Part shown: one piece after another, positions 14,521-28,566 of the stretch
Numbering within the stretch: position 1 is the stretch's first letter
Layout of the letters: each line of letters starts with the position of its first letter
Assembly: GCA_951406725.2 (NCBI GenBank)
Contig: OX597826.1
Coordinates: 76,880,001-76,944,000, forward strand
Reading direction: 5' to 3'
DNA length: 64,000 nucleotides
DNA from: Octopus vulgaris
Lineage: Eukaryota
Made by a program: the position numbers and the translations under genes
The notes under the pieces: generated by a model
Told to the model about the DNA's origin: nothing
Seen by the model: the letters and a program-made list of their open reading frames with translations, nothing else
Databases searched by the model: none

Positions 14521-15080
14521 TATTTTTATTAGTAGACGGATAAAACTTTCCTGCTTACACCTTTTTTGTTATTATCCCCCCAATCCAACCAATTCTTTTC
14601 CTTCGATTGTATATCTTTTACTGGTTATACATACCGAGACCTTGTTGTCCAGTTTTAAAGGGACAGCTCGTAAAGCTGTATGTATGGGTCTTTTCGCTCT
14701 TCTGATGATTCAGAATAATTATCTCCCCATATCTTCAATCAACCGTCAAACAGTAAGGCCGCTTAATGAATGGTAGTTAGCAATGTCTTCCACGCTTGAA
14801 CGTTTCATGTTTCTCTTCTTCAAAGTGATGTTCAGCTCTTGTTTGAAATGCTCCTTTTGTCATCCTTCGAGGTTCTTGAATATAGCGCAATAAGACATGG
14901 AACTCTATGTCCACAGTCACCAATTAGGGCGTGTATAGTGCAAACCAATGCTGTTCCTATTCAATAAAGTATTTCTGTAGTTGAAAACCACAATTCAACA
15001 CATTTATGCCTATATTCACCATACTGGACATTCTAAAATCAACACTATCCTCACTCATTATTTAAATCTTTCCCCTCTCT

Positions 15081-15131
<51 letters not shown>

Positions 15132-15477
15132 CATTTGAGGAAGGACTAAATGTTCAAAAAAACCCTGCTGAATTCACCTCTGCATTTCCCAAACAATAGT
15201 TTATAATGACATGGTACTCTTGTTCGTTTCTCGTCCGTTCTATTTTGTACTCGAAATTACTTCCCGATAGATCACAAGTAGACGAAAAGTTACAAAAGTC
15301 ACACAATCCATTATATATGCAGAATTTGTCTTTTATTTTAATAAAAGAAATAAAACCTGACAGATGTACACCTTTGAATGAATTTCTGTTTCTCCACAAT
15401 ACATTTCACAAGATACCCAACTGTATCTTTGCTACATATTATTTCGTTAATCACACACATATACACACGCACGCACG

Positions 15478-15530
<53 letters not shown>

Positions 15531-15639
15531 ACAGGCACATAAACACACACACACGTACACTCACTCACACGCACATATAGGTGCACATGTACATATGCAT
15601 GTCCGATTCTGCTAGCCTGTTACTTTTTTCTCTGTCTAA

Positions 15640-15691
<52 letters not shown>

Positions 15692-17497
15692 CATATATAT
15701 ATATGTGGGTATTGTAGTTTGCTAGAAGCATTGCAATGTGTGTAAATGAGATAAATGATTGAAAAACCTTTGAGCAATGCAGGTGAGAAGTTAGGCAAAG
15801 TTATAATAGGTATTTTCAATGAATGAAAACGAAGAGAAAAGATATTATATTAACTTACACAGGTTGTTTAAAATATCTTATAATATTTCGAGAAAAGTTC
15901 CCCTTTTCAAACAGAAGAGAGAAGTTAATCAGAGTTCGCTATTCTTGTGAGATGTCAGTAGAAAATAGAATGGCTTGTCGATAACAACTGGAAGAGGAGT
16001 TTAAGGATCGCTCGATTACCAATTCTTTGTTTTTCTGTTCTTATTGACTTCGAGGTTTAAACCCATGAGAGCTCGGACGTACTATTACTGGTTATGTATA
16101 AATGGTTTGCCAACTTAGTTCAAGAAACAACTTCACAGATCAACTGTATCAGTTATACTATGGTTTCACATAATTTGAGAAAAATATAGTAGATTGTGAC
16201 TGATATATAGGCAGTTTAATTATTTTTTTCTTTTCAGAGAGAGAAATGAAAATTTACAGTAAGGTATGGCTAAGGACGAGATTGTGTTCTGTTCCTGTAT
16301 GCCATCTGTTTTGTTCCAGTGAATAAAGCTCCGATTTTGCTTTACTGGGTGACGGTTATGTTGCATTCGATGTAGTTTAGTTTTTTATAAATAAATGTTG
16401 GTTCTGCTGGATTTTTAGTACAGAAGACGCAGAGGATTCGACTTAATGGCATAGATTACGTGAGCACCAAACAGATTATAGATGTATGTATGCATGTATG
16501 GTTTCCTTTGAGTTTTAAGTTCTCCTTCAGAGAGTTCAAGCTGTTCGCTAAAAACATTTTAAGTTAAGAGAGTTCCCGATCTTTTAAATATGAGGTTGAA
16601 TTGGGGTATTGGTTGTATTTTCGGGGCACACAAGCAAGTTTGGACAGCTATTCAGAAAATTGCTAATGGAGAATCTTTGGAATGTCTTGCCAAGATCCAA
16701 TGTGCCGCCAATAGATTGGATTTAAAATATGTATGTATGTCATTATTCAGTTTATTTCAAGATTTTTTGCTGATAGAGAAAAAGCCGGTTTCTAACCTAG
16801 GTCTAAGGTTCCTTCATTGGAATTTCAACATCAAAAACAGGGTATTTTTTTTTGTTTGTTTGTATGTATGTGCAAATTTGTATGTTTTATGTATGTATTC
16901 TCATGCATATAGTTGCATATCTAAACACGCCCATATATATTTAAATGATAAACTTCTGGAAAGTTTTGTATGTATGCATTGTGTATGTCTCTTTTTCTGT
17001 TTGTCTTTCTGTCTGTTTCTTGGGATGTGTGAATGCATACGGCCTGAAATTATACAATGAACCGGTTGCCTCTGTAAATACCTTCATATTGTTCATGATC
17101 ATGGGTGCATGGTCTGTGGTAATGCTGTTTTCATGAGGTCGATGTGTTAGCGTTTTGACTCCAATCATGGAATGGGTCGCTGTATACCATCGAGGGGCTT
17201 TTACCAACAAAGGTGAGTTTGAAGTGTTTCTTGCTGCACTCACTAAAGGCGAATCATTGAAAGTATGTAAATATGAGCGTAACACTGCGTGTCTGTATGC
17301 ATGAACGTTTGTACGTATGCATGTACGTACGTATGTATGCATGCATGTCTGTATATGGATGTGTGCGTGTATGTATGTATAAATATATATGTATATATAT
17401 ATACATGTATGTATACGTGTATATACATATGTGTGTGTAAGTAGATAGCTAGATAGATTGATAGTAGATAGATAGATAGATTGATAGACAGACAGAC

Positions 17498-17540
<43 letters not shown>

Positions 17541-17609
17541 CAGATAGACAGACAGACAGAAAAACAGATTATATATATATGTATATATATATATATATAT
17601 ATATCTTAT

Positions 17610-17643
<34 letters not shown>

Positions 17644-17867
17644 ATATAAGATAGATAGATAGATACATACATATATACATACATACATACATACATACAT
17701 ACATACATACATACATACATACATACATACATACATACATACATACATACATAGAGATAGATAGAAATGATATGATATGATACCTTAAAGGAGCTGACTT
17801 TTCAACTTTTGAAATTTTTGTCCCTGTATATATTGTACATTTGAATGTATGTATGTATGCATGCATG

Positions 17868-17915
<48 letters not shown>

Positions 17916-17955
17916 TGTATGTATGCATGTATATATATATATATATATCTATCTA

Positions 17956-17991
<36 letters not shown>

Positions 17992-18513
17992 CACACATGT
18001 ATGTATGTATGTATGTACGTATATATGTATGTATTTTCTCCTTACGTCGTTTCTGACTCCTTGCTTCCTGATTCCCCATAATTTGTATTTGCCTTCGAAT
18101 ATCTTTTTTTTTTTTCTTGTTTATATAATTTCTGTGTTGTCGTTTTCCATGTATTCGCTAATCGTTGGTTTGTCTTCTATATTTTAGCTGAAATTAACTC
18201 CACAATAGCCCTATCGTTAAATAAAACTTATTGAAAAATGATGGATTGGTGAAACAACCTGACTTCACGTGATATCACCGAAAGAAAAGAACAGAAAAAA
18301 AAAGGGGCATAAAAAAACAGGAACGTAAACAAACAAATGAACGACGAGAAAAATGGAGTTTCCCGCTGTGAACTCACGTAACGCACACGTACGCACATAA
18401 ACACACACACACACATACACAAACATATATGCATACACATACATGTACGTATACAGACATCCAAAAGAAACACATGTATTCTGAGAAACATACAAACTAA
18501 TTCCCAGCCCCAA

Positions 18514-18554
<41 letters not shown>

Positions 18555-19090
18555 TACACACACACGCGCACACTTAGGAACACACATTCATATAGAGCGC
18601 ATACACATACACACAGAATAAGAGCGACGCTTACACATACAGACAAACAAAGCACAGAATCACACATCCATGCAAGGCAATACAGCTATACACAGATGCA
18701 CACACACTCACACGTATGCACTTACATGCACAAACTCACACACATGCAGAAATGCAGTCACTAACACCTTTGCATAAAATACACATCCTTGCACACACAA
18801 ACACACACACACACATAGGCACGCGCGCATGAGCACACACACTCATGGACTCGCGCATACACACATGTACATTTAGAAATACATACACAGACTCACGTAA
18901 TTTGAAACACACAGCTACATTCACTCACATTCACAGATATACATATATATATAAAGAAACGTGTATTACGCACACTCACACACACACGCATATACACACA
19001 CGCACATACACGTACACACACACACACGTACACACACACACAGAAATACATTTAAGAAGACACGTACATTCATACATACACACAGAAACA

Positions 19091-19135
<45 letters not shown>

Positions 19136-19215
19136 ATCAAAACAGAAACATGCGCACATCCACATACGCACTTGGCATTGATTAAACACTACGAATAAAA
19201 TAACATAATTTGCAG

Positions 19216-19372
19216 AGGGCTGGCTGTGTGGTAAGAAGTTTGCTTCTTAATCACATGGTCTCGGGTTCAGTCCCGCTGCGTATCACATTGGACTAGTGTC
19301 TTCTACTATAACCTCGGGTCGAACAAAGCCGTGTGAGTAGATTTGGTAAAGAGGAACTGAGCGAATCCTGTC
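19216..19372 (+). mobile_element. tRNA-derived CORE-like SINE, 5' half
   Basis: TGGCTGTGTGGTAAG (box A) and GGTTCAGTCCC (box B). Homologous to 19389-19762. Confidence 0.8.
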
Positions 19373-19388
19373 ATTCATATATATACAT

Positions 19389-19762
19389 GAGTGGCTGTGT
19401 GGTAAGTAGCTTGCTTACCAAGCACATGGTTCCGGGTTCAATCCCACTGCGTGGCACTTTGGGCAAATGTCTTCTACTATAGCCTCGGCCCGACCAAAGC
19501 CTACTGAGTGGACTTGGTAGACGGAAACTGAAAGAAGCCCGTCGTATATATGTGTGTGTTTGTATGTTTGTGTCTGTGTTTGTCCCCCACCATCACTTGA
19601 CAACCGATGCTGGTGTGTTTACGTCCCCGTAACTTAGCGGTTCAGCAAAAGAAACCGGAAGAATAAGTACTAGGCTTACAAAGAATAAGTCCTGGGGTCG
19701 ATTTGTTCGACTAAAAGTGGTGCACCAGCATGGCCGCAGTCAAATGACTGAAAGAAACAAAA
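19389..19762 (+). mobile_element. tRNA-derived CORE-like SINE, near full length
   Basis: Boxes A/B, MIR-CORE-like CTTTGGGCAAATGTCTTCT, internal (TA)/(TG) tract, 3' end GCATGGCCGCAGTCAAATGACTGAAA. Multiple copies in the window. Confidence 0.85.
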
Positions 19763-20074
19763 GCCACCTTTCTAGAACCTTCGGCAAAAATTGATTGGCG
19801 AGGAAAACTTGCACGCTTCCTTAAATATTTTCGACCTCACCTACAATAAGTTTGCCACTGGTCATTGGCCAAGCTATTTTTCACGCAGGTGTTAATACTT
19901 GTGTGGTCACATGTTCCCCCTTCTATGTTAATACGTAGATTGTGGTTCTGAGCTGAAAAAATCTGAGGGCTATGGTTTAAACCTAACAGGGACCTTGCTA
20001 TAAAATAAAACAACCGTATTTTGAGAAAAAGGGCTGATTCCTGTACATACGTAGCTACATTTTAATGAGCATAC

Positions 20075-20480
20075 TTGGATCCATGTTTCTGCTGTATGAG
20101 GAAGCGGTCGAGATGTGGCGCGATTCTTTTACAGTTCACAATCATTGCTGACATGTGTGGTTATGTCGAACAGCTGCTGTCACGAGTGGGACATATCTGG
20201 CAGTCGGTCGACTCCATCGTGAAGATCACCTCATCCCTTTCCTTTGGCTGGAAAGGGCAGAAAATTTTCTTCTGACTGCTGGCTATGGCGGAAGAGGTTG
20301 TGTAGTAGACGAGACGGAAATGACCGAAGATAGAACCTTTCCTCTTCGCATATGCCCACATTAACGTTTTCGAGTTCGATTCCACTAGAAAGTGAGGATT
20401 GAGCGAGAGTTACCATTCTCTAGTAAAATTCTTGATAAGTTGGTGAAAGTGGTGCGACCTGTCCAAAATGAGGAAACGGA
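20075..20480 (+). mobile_element. Decayed Tx1/L1-group LINE C-terminal fragment
   Basis: IADMCGYVEQLLSRVG...DSIVKI matches ISDLWAYVERLLSRVG...ESIVNI at 57.7 kb. Confidence 0.75.
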
Positions 20481-20678
20481 TGGGAGAGGTGACCCCACCC
20501 CCACCCCACTAGAGCTCTTGGTCATCTGAGTGTTCTAGGAGAAGTGGGGTTTCTTTGGTTACACCAGAATGGTTCTGATCCACTATTGAAGAACTTTATT
20601 CACAATATTGTCATACTTGGAGATATTCATAGTTTCCCAAGTAAGCACATGCATCATATATTTAGTCTTCTCTTCAAC

Positions 20679-21029
<351 letters not shown>

Positions 21030-21581
21030 GAGTGAGAGAGCAGTGCAGGCCATCAAAGTGACACTGGGGTAAGATATACGAAGCCCAGTATGCCCATCAT
21101 GACTACCCGTCTGATAGGAGTACACTAGGCACATGCATCACAACCATATGTGCGCGACATGGTGATCTAATATCAAGATAAACAGCACATGACGTTGCAG
21201 GTGGGGCCCAGTTAGAATTTTCTTCTGGTCGAGTAGCTCATCCCGCTCAAAAGGTCCCTGAATAAGGATTGTTTAAGGATATTGAACGAACCACCCATGT
21301 TTCCAAAGGTGAATTATCCAAACCTCTAAGAATTCCTTTCAACACACGGTTATGATGCTCCCCCACTACTTCTTGTGATCAGAGATGTACATATCGTCAG
21401 CCACCAAGGAACTTGCTCAACTGGTTACGGTCAAACAACTGACAAGCAAATCTGTGGTATTGAGCAGAATATTTGCTGTAGCCCATCTTTTATACCAAGA
21501 CAAAACAATGAACATGATAACACTTCCATTCAGTTAAGATCAGAAGCCATGAGAGCCACTGTCTGGTACTGCATCAGGGCA

Positions 21582-21582
<1 letters not shown>
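21030..21582 (-). mobile_element. ~550-bp non-coding repeat embedded in (TAA)n, copy 2 (full length)
   Basis: Reverse complement of 1065-1582 with the same 5' start (ATGCCCTGATGCAGTACCAG). (ATT)n on both sides. Confidence 0.88.
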
Positions 21583-21621
<39 letters not shown>

Positions 21622-22995
21622 GCTTCTTTGTCAAAGCTCTTTCATCACACATCCTGTGATATTTTCAGCGACTCTTTATCCCACGTATCTTCACAAAAAT
21701 GGACAATGCAGAAAAAGAGGAGACACGTGGGATAAACAGAGGCTGAAGAGGTTACGAGATGTGTGACGAAAGAGCTTTGGCCAAGAAACAAAAATAATAA
21801 TAATAGTAAAGCTGAAGTGAAGACCAAACGTACAGTGCGTGTGTTTAATTGGTTAAATATGACCGTCCCGAAATAGAACACTATCTGTTTCAAATCACGA
21901 TTTCACTCCGAGGACCTTGAGAAACAAAAACGTAAGCGTTATTCCTTATAATTTTCTTATTAATCGTTATTGTTTGCACGTGCAGATATAAATCTCAACT
22001 GACATTTGTCTTCGTCTTGTCCTAAATGTGTTTCCGGATCTTGTGACCTCAACAGAAAGTATTTTTTTGGCAACGGATCATTACTTTTTGCATATACAAC
22101 CTTCCGGGATCAGTAAAAGCATATATTCTAGTTGAATACTATGATCGGTCTAATCGATTATTTGCTGCTCCCAAAATTTGCGAGCTTCGGTTTAGTTTAG
22201 AAAACAATCTAATCAACAGTGACCCCCCCCCCCCCGCAACCAAATTATCCCCAACGTGGTCTTGTACCCCTGCTAAAAGACATTATCCTTATCATTGCAG
22301 ATTAAGTTTCACACAGTTGTTTAAATGAATGAATGACTGAAAGAAAGAGATCGAGAAAGAAAGAAAGAAAGAGAGAGAGATTAGTTGAATGGAAGAGAAG
22401 AATAAATAAAGGCCGCCTCTCTTTCATTGTCATCTGATACTGAGAAGTGATTCTATACGCCTCCACGAGACACACTCCACCCATCTCCCCACACCGCCGC
22501 CCCCTCCACTGCTCACTTTCTCATTTCGTTTACATTCATTCACTCAATACCGAGCTGTCTTGCGCCTGCCGAGTTTGTCTTCTCATGACTCCTAAACACA
22601 AAAATTGGTTGTAATTAGCCAAAAGTTTCTGCACCCAGTTTCGTTTTTTTTTCCCCCCTTTTTTAATTAATATATGCCTGCGTCAACAATGGAGGCCAGC
22701 CACATGGATGCCAAATGAGAAAGTAAAGGGAGAGGAACATGGACAAAGAACGGGGTAGATGCGCCATTCACGTATATTCTGTACTTTACTGCGAGTGAGC
22801 GCACGCACGCATACACACACGCGCGCACGCAGTTACACACTACATCTATACACACGTGTGTGTGTGTATGCGTGTGTCACAGTGTGTGTGTGTTCGTGTG
22901 TATGCATGTGTGTGTATGTGAGGTTCTTTCGTATGTATTAGCTAATCATCTCGGCGATAGATTTCTGACACTCATTTTGTTATCGAGTAAAGAAA

Positions 22996-23065
<70 letters not shown>

Positions 23066-23083
23066 TACTATTATTATTATTAT

Positions 23084-23410
23084 GGCGACGAGCTGGCAGA
23101 GTTGTTAGCACGCTGGACGGAATGCATAGCGGTATTTCGCTCGTCGCTACGTTCTGAGTTCAAATTCCGCCGAGGTCAAATTTGCTTTTCATTCTTTCAG
23201 GGTTGATAACACAAGGACCACTTGAACACCGGAAGTCGATGTAATCCCCTCCCCAAAAACCACTACCCTTGTGGCAAAATTTGAAACCATTATTGAGGCG
23301 ACGAGCTGGCAGAATCGTTAGCACGCTGGACGAGGTGCTTAGCGGTATTTTCGCTTGCCGCTACTTTCTGAGTTCGAATTCCGCCGAGGTCGGCTGTGCC
23401 TTACATCTTT
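23084..23410 (+). mobile_element. Two tandem Deu/Nin-like tRNA SINE copies (23084-23287 and partial 23297-23410)
   Basis: Both begin GGCGA(C)GAGCTGGCAGA; box B GTTCAAATTCC/GTTCGAATTCC. Confidence 0.85.
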
Positions 23411-23419
23411 TAGGTAAAC

Positions 23420-23508
23420 AAACAATCACTGGTTGTCAAGCAGTGCTGAGGGGCAAATGCACATACCCGCATGCATACACACACACATATATGTATATAT
23501 AAATATAT

Positions 23509-23577
<69 letters not shown>

Positions 23578-23584
23578 AATATAT

Positions 23585-23632
<48 letters not shown>

Positions 23633-23648
23633 ATACATATATGTATAC

Positions 23649-23679
<31 letters not shown>

Positions 23680-23865
23680 TATATATATGCGCATATACAC
23701 ACACGAATGGCTTCTTTCGATTTCCGTCTACCAAATCCACTTAAATGACTTTGGTCGGCCGGGGGCTATAATAGAGAGACATACTCCTAACTTGACAAAC
23801 AGTGGGACTGAACCCGGAACTAAGTGGTTGGAAAGCAAACTTCTCACCACATATCCACGACTGCT
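23420..23865 (-). mobile_element. CORE-like SINE copy with expanded internal (TA)n
   Basis: Reverse complement matches ~19389-19620 on either side of the (TA)n tract. Confidence 0.75.
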
Positions 23866-23881
23866 TCCGTGCGAGCATGCA

Positions 23882-23917
<36 letters not shown>

Positions 23918-24349
23918 CGCGTGTGAGTGTGTGTAAAAATGGTTATGAATAAAATTCAGTAAAAGCAAAGCATCCACACACGGATGAGAATCTATCATCT
24001 GGGTTTGATAAAGATAAAATGGCTGTCGTTGATATTTTTTGTGTCTTTTTTATTGTTTTGTCATTGGTTAATTTGTCTTTTTTGTTTGTTTGTTTTGTTT
24101 TTTTTGTTCCTGCGTTTAATTGTTGCTTTCGTTGTAAAGTGTCCTTTGTCCTAACACTGGAACTTGTCAATGTGTCGCTCGAAAGCCGAGGACTCCCTCT
24201 GCGATACTCCCGTAACTGCCACATCGCAAATACTCGCATCTGAAACACCTTTCAGCTGCACACGGCCTTTCCCTGCTCTTTATTTTTGTCTGGGGTGTTT
24301 GGGATTTTACCATTGTATTCCATGGCAGCAGCAGCAGGAGCAGTAACAC

Positions 24350-24351
<2 letters not shown>

Positions 24352-24397
<46 letters not shown>

Positions 24398-24398
24398 C

Positions 24399-24481
<83 letters not shown>

Positions 24482-24500
24482 CAGTAGTAGCAGTAGTAGC

Positions 24501-24535
<35 letters not shown>

Positions 24536-24536
24536 C

Positions 24537-24619
<83 letters not shown>

Positions 24620-24655
24620 CAGCAGCCGCAGCAACGATAGTAGTAGTAGTAGTAA
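24352..24655. repeat. (GTA)n microsatellite
   Basis: Direct reading. Confidence 0.95.
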
Positions 24656-24664
24656 CATTTTTCC

Positions 24665-24860
24665 TTTCTTTTTTCTTATACTAGTTTCAGCCATTAAACT
24701 GTGGCCATACTGGGGCATCACGTTGAAGAGTTTCAGTCGAACTCCAGTACTTATCGTGTTAAGCCGTATAATTATTGTCTCGGTATTTTTTGCCGAACCG
24801 CTAGGTTATGGGATTGTCAAGACATCGACACCTTTTGCCAAGTGGTCGGGACGGGAGAAC
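24665..24860 (-). mobile_element. CORE-like SINE 3' portion
   Basis: GTTTCAGCCATTAAACTGTGGCCATACTGGGGCA...TTTTGCCGAACCGCTAGGTTATGGG is the reverse complement of ~19600-19760. Confidence 0.7.
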
Positions 24861-24956
24861 AACACATTCTCTCCATAAAATTGAAAGAGGAAATCAGCTG
24901 GTTAAAAGAGTAATGATAAACCAAGTAGATATAATACCTTGAATTTGGATGAACAA

Positions 24957-25014
<58 letters not shown>

Positions 25015-26137
25015 ACTGGCTTTCAACAACCTGAGAAGCGGTAAACTCAATGACTTCGACGAAAACATCGCAATTAATGAATTAATATTTCTCTCTTAGT
25101 TTGGAGAAAGGAAACAAAAACCTGGCGGCAAATCCGAGTGGCACTCAACGTAAAGGGGAGATAATTTCGGGGGGAAATAATTGTAGTAATAACAATGGAG
25201 GCATGCGTAATAGCAGTGTGTTGGTGATTCGCTATTCCTGGCAGATGATGCCTTTGTACCATTCAGGCGACAACCCTCCAACCGATGGGTCTATTTCGGT
25301 AGTCGTTGCTTGTGAGGGTTTTACAAGGCTCGGGGACAAATCTTTCCTCAACCTCTTTCAGTGAAAATGTTGGGTCTATTGTTTTAAATGCTGGTCCCCA
25401 CACAGTACAAAATTTGAACTAAGAACGTAACGAGTCGTACATAAAAACAGCGGAGTTTGGCTCGAAATGTTAAATCCTCTTTCCTTCCTTTCCTGAGCGT
25501 CTTATAATACAGCACTTGTACCACGTCCTCGCGTTGTTGTTTTTTTACTTGTTTGTTCTTTGTTTGGATTCACTATATTACCTTGTAATGCAGCTAACTT
25601 AGAATTCATCATTTTCGTTGAGAACCGTTTCTCCTAGACTGTCCCATACATACCTTCCTACCTTTAAATCTTCTACACCAACTCAATCGTAAAAGATAGG
25701 GTGCCAGTCCTCTTGGACAGACTAATTTATGCGCTGAGTTGGAAACTAAGAAAAGCTGGGAGAAAGATAATTTGTGCCTCATCAGAACGGAACATGAAAA
25801 TAAGAATTCAGAACTTCAAGCACCAATATCAACCTAGATCACCTCCCACGACCACTATCAATACTACAGCCAATACCATCACCACTACCAACAACAACAG
25901 CAGTAACAACACTGCCACTTCACAGCGCACACGTTTTACTCCAAATGCCATGAAGTTGTGATACGTGAGAGACGGGTGGCGCCGACGTCGTTTACTCAAC
26001 CATGACGTCTTTCATGCGTCAACCAACTGGAAATGAAGACGGCCATTTCTCCAGTTAAGCTCCCAGTTAAGCTGATGACGTCAGAAGATTATCACACCTT
26101 GAGTAATTAAAAAAAAATTTAATCTCGGCTTAAACTT

Positions 26138-26270
26138 TATCACCACCACCATCACCATCACCATCATCATCACCATCACCATCATCATCACCATCACCAT
26201 CATCACCATCATCAACACCTCTATCACAACCACCACAACCACCACCACCACCATCACCATCATCACTACC

Positions 26271-26304
<34 letters not shown>

Positions 26305-26900
26305 TCACCACCATCATCATCAATGCCTTCACAACCGTCACAACCACTACCAACACCATCACCATCACCACCACCAACATCACCTCCATCACCACCAACA
26401 CCACTACATGCAACACTACCACCACCATTTCCCCCACTGCTACCACCGCCAGCTTTAACCCTATCCGCACCGTTACCTTCATCGTTAGCCCTTCTAATGG
26501 CACCAGGCAGCCTTCGCCCCTCCCAACTTCTATCCTTCATCACCGTCATCATCGCTATCAACATCAACCACGATTACCATTCCTGACTCGACCAACCATC
26601 ACAAACCCCACCGCCATTACTACAATTTCCACCCTCACTACCCCCATCACCACCACTTCCACAACTACCACAACCATTACCACCACCACCACCACAACTA
26701 CCACAACCACTACCACCACCATCACCACCCACCACCATCACCACTACCACGACCACAACCATCACAACAACCAGCACCGCTTTCACCACTAATACCATAC
26801 CCACCACAACCACCACAACCACCACCACCACCACGATCATCACCATCATCACCAACACACTACAACCACAACCACAACTACCACCACAACCACCACCCCA
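26138..26900. repeat. Degenerate (CAC/CAT/CAA)n low-complexity region
   Basis: Direct reading. The poly-Pro, poly-Gly and poly-Val ORFs are repeat artefacts. Confidence 0.85.
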
Positions 26901-27336
26901 GAATGACAAACACGTTGGACAATGAAGTGCTGGATTTATATAATACGCGGGATTGTCACAGTTGGATTGCTTCTGATCATAGGGCTAAAGAACAACAACA
27001 ACAACCACAATAGGATTGCAGTAACAACACCTCCAATCATCGCAATTTCGGTTTCAAATCCACACACCAGCACTTTATTTAATTTTTGCAGATATTAATG
27101 CGTTTGTTTTTTCGTTGTTTCTTTTTAGTATTTATTTAAATTCTTGCATTTGTTTGTTTATCTATTTGTTTATTTATTTTAATATTTTCATTTTTTTCCC
27201 GTTGTGTTTCTTTAATTTTGTCTGTCGTCACCTCGGCTAATTTCATCCTTCTCGCAGCATCGTATTGGCACAACTGTTACCTTCTTCCTCACAAACGTCA
27301 AATAGAAACATCAACAGCAACATCACAACCAACACC

Positions 27337-27368
<32 letters not shown>

Positions 27369-28026
27369 CAACAACAACAACCTCATCTAAACATAATCAC
27401 ATTCTCCTTTCCCTCCTCCATTTTTGTATTTTGTCCTTTTTTATTCACCGCCATATTGTTCGGTCTCCCATTGGTGTTTCTTTGTTAGTGTTTTTTTTTT
27501 GTTTATTTATTCTTTTTTCATTCTCGACTCTCTTGCTGAGTTTTTGCACCAAAGTTTGACACGTGTTTCGATACCAACGTCAAGAGAAAGCGAACTTGGG
27601 TCCATTTTACCATATGGTCAGACCATATTGACACACTACACAAATCCCTCCAAACACCCACCGTATCTCTCCATTCCTAGCTTCCTGTTAAGCCTAATCC
27701 AATTACCTCGTCCGACTGATCTCAGACGAGAGGAGCGGGCAGAGACAAGTAAACCATATTGACGTCCACAACCTATCAACCAATATAGACCACTCTCCCT
27801 ACCTCAGTCTCTCTCTCTCCCTTTCTCTCTCTCTCTCTTTCTCTCTTATGTTCTTCCTTTCGTTCACTTTTGCTTCTTTTTTGCTTACTTTCGATTTTCT
27901 CTACCTCTCCGCTGCACCCGAAAGTCACTTTCTTTCATGTCATTCTCAAATTGCGTTTTATCAATCTACATACCTATAGCTGTTTATAACAAAATTTGGT
28001 AGTGTATACACACATACATACATACA

Positions 28027-28116
<90 letters not shown>

Positions 28117-28165
28117 CATACATACATACATACATACATACATGCACACATATATAGTTATATAT

Positions 28166-28255
28166 ATCGTTTTGGGATTTGGTTTGCAAGATTCTTTTAC
28201 CGGTGAGTGTGTTATATAAGACACAAAAAGAAAATGACTCTCCCCAGACACAACA

Positions 28256-28260
<5 letters not shown>
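28166..28260. repeat. Third, short fold-back copy of the 4291-4487 repeat, in (TA)n
   Basis: CGTTTTGGGATTTGGTTTGCAAGATTC (inverted end) joined to forward TTTTACCGGTGAGTGTG...GACTCTCCCCAGACAC. Confidence 0.75.
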
Positions 28261-28289
<29 letters not shown>

Positions 28290-28566
28290 TGAAATATGAG
28301 TCAAAACCCTGACCCTAAAGCCACACTAAATGTTCATATAGCGCTAGGAGAGAGGACAGAGAGACAAAATAAACTAGCAAAAAAAGATTTTTCTGGATAA
28401 TTCAAGGTCCTGGATTTCTGGCTTTGCATAAGAGAAGCTCTACCTTCGTCAGTTGAATATATCAGGTAGCACATAAATACAGATATATATATAGAGAGAG
28501 AGAGAGAGAACATACGTTATACATACATATACGAATGCTCATACATACATATATATGCACGTATGT

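Noticed and set aside
15700-17270. Possible decayed RT fragments (AILFSTDI, SYLKD) and a 70-aa non-repetitive minus-strand peptide at 17050-17270
   Set aside because: Motifs are too short and broken to assign; no clear splice signals or recognisable family.
25450-25575. GAG-TTTGG-CTC-GAAATGTTA, like the 3' half of a hammerhead
   Set aside because: No CUGANGA or stem I upstream; at most a truncated repeat fragment.
26130-26909. Gly/Asp-rich and Pro/Ser-rich ORFs resembling structural proteins
   Set aside because: Degenerate (CAC/CAT)n repeat open in several frames on both strands, with no splice or codon evidence.
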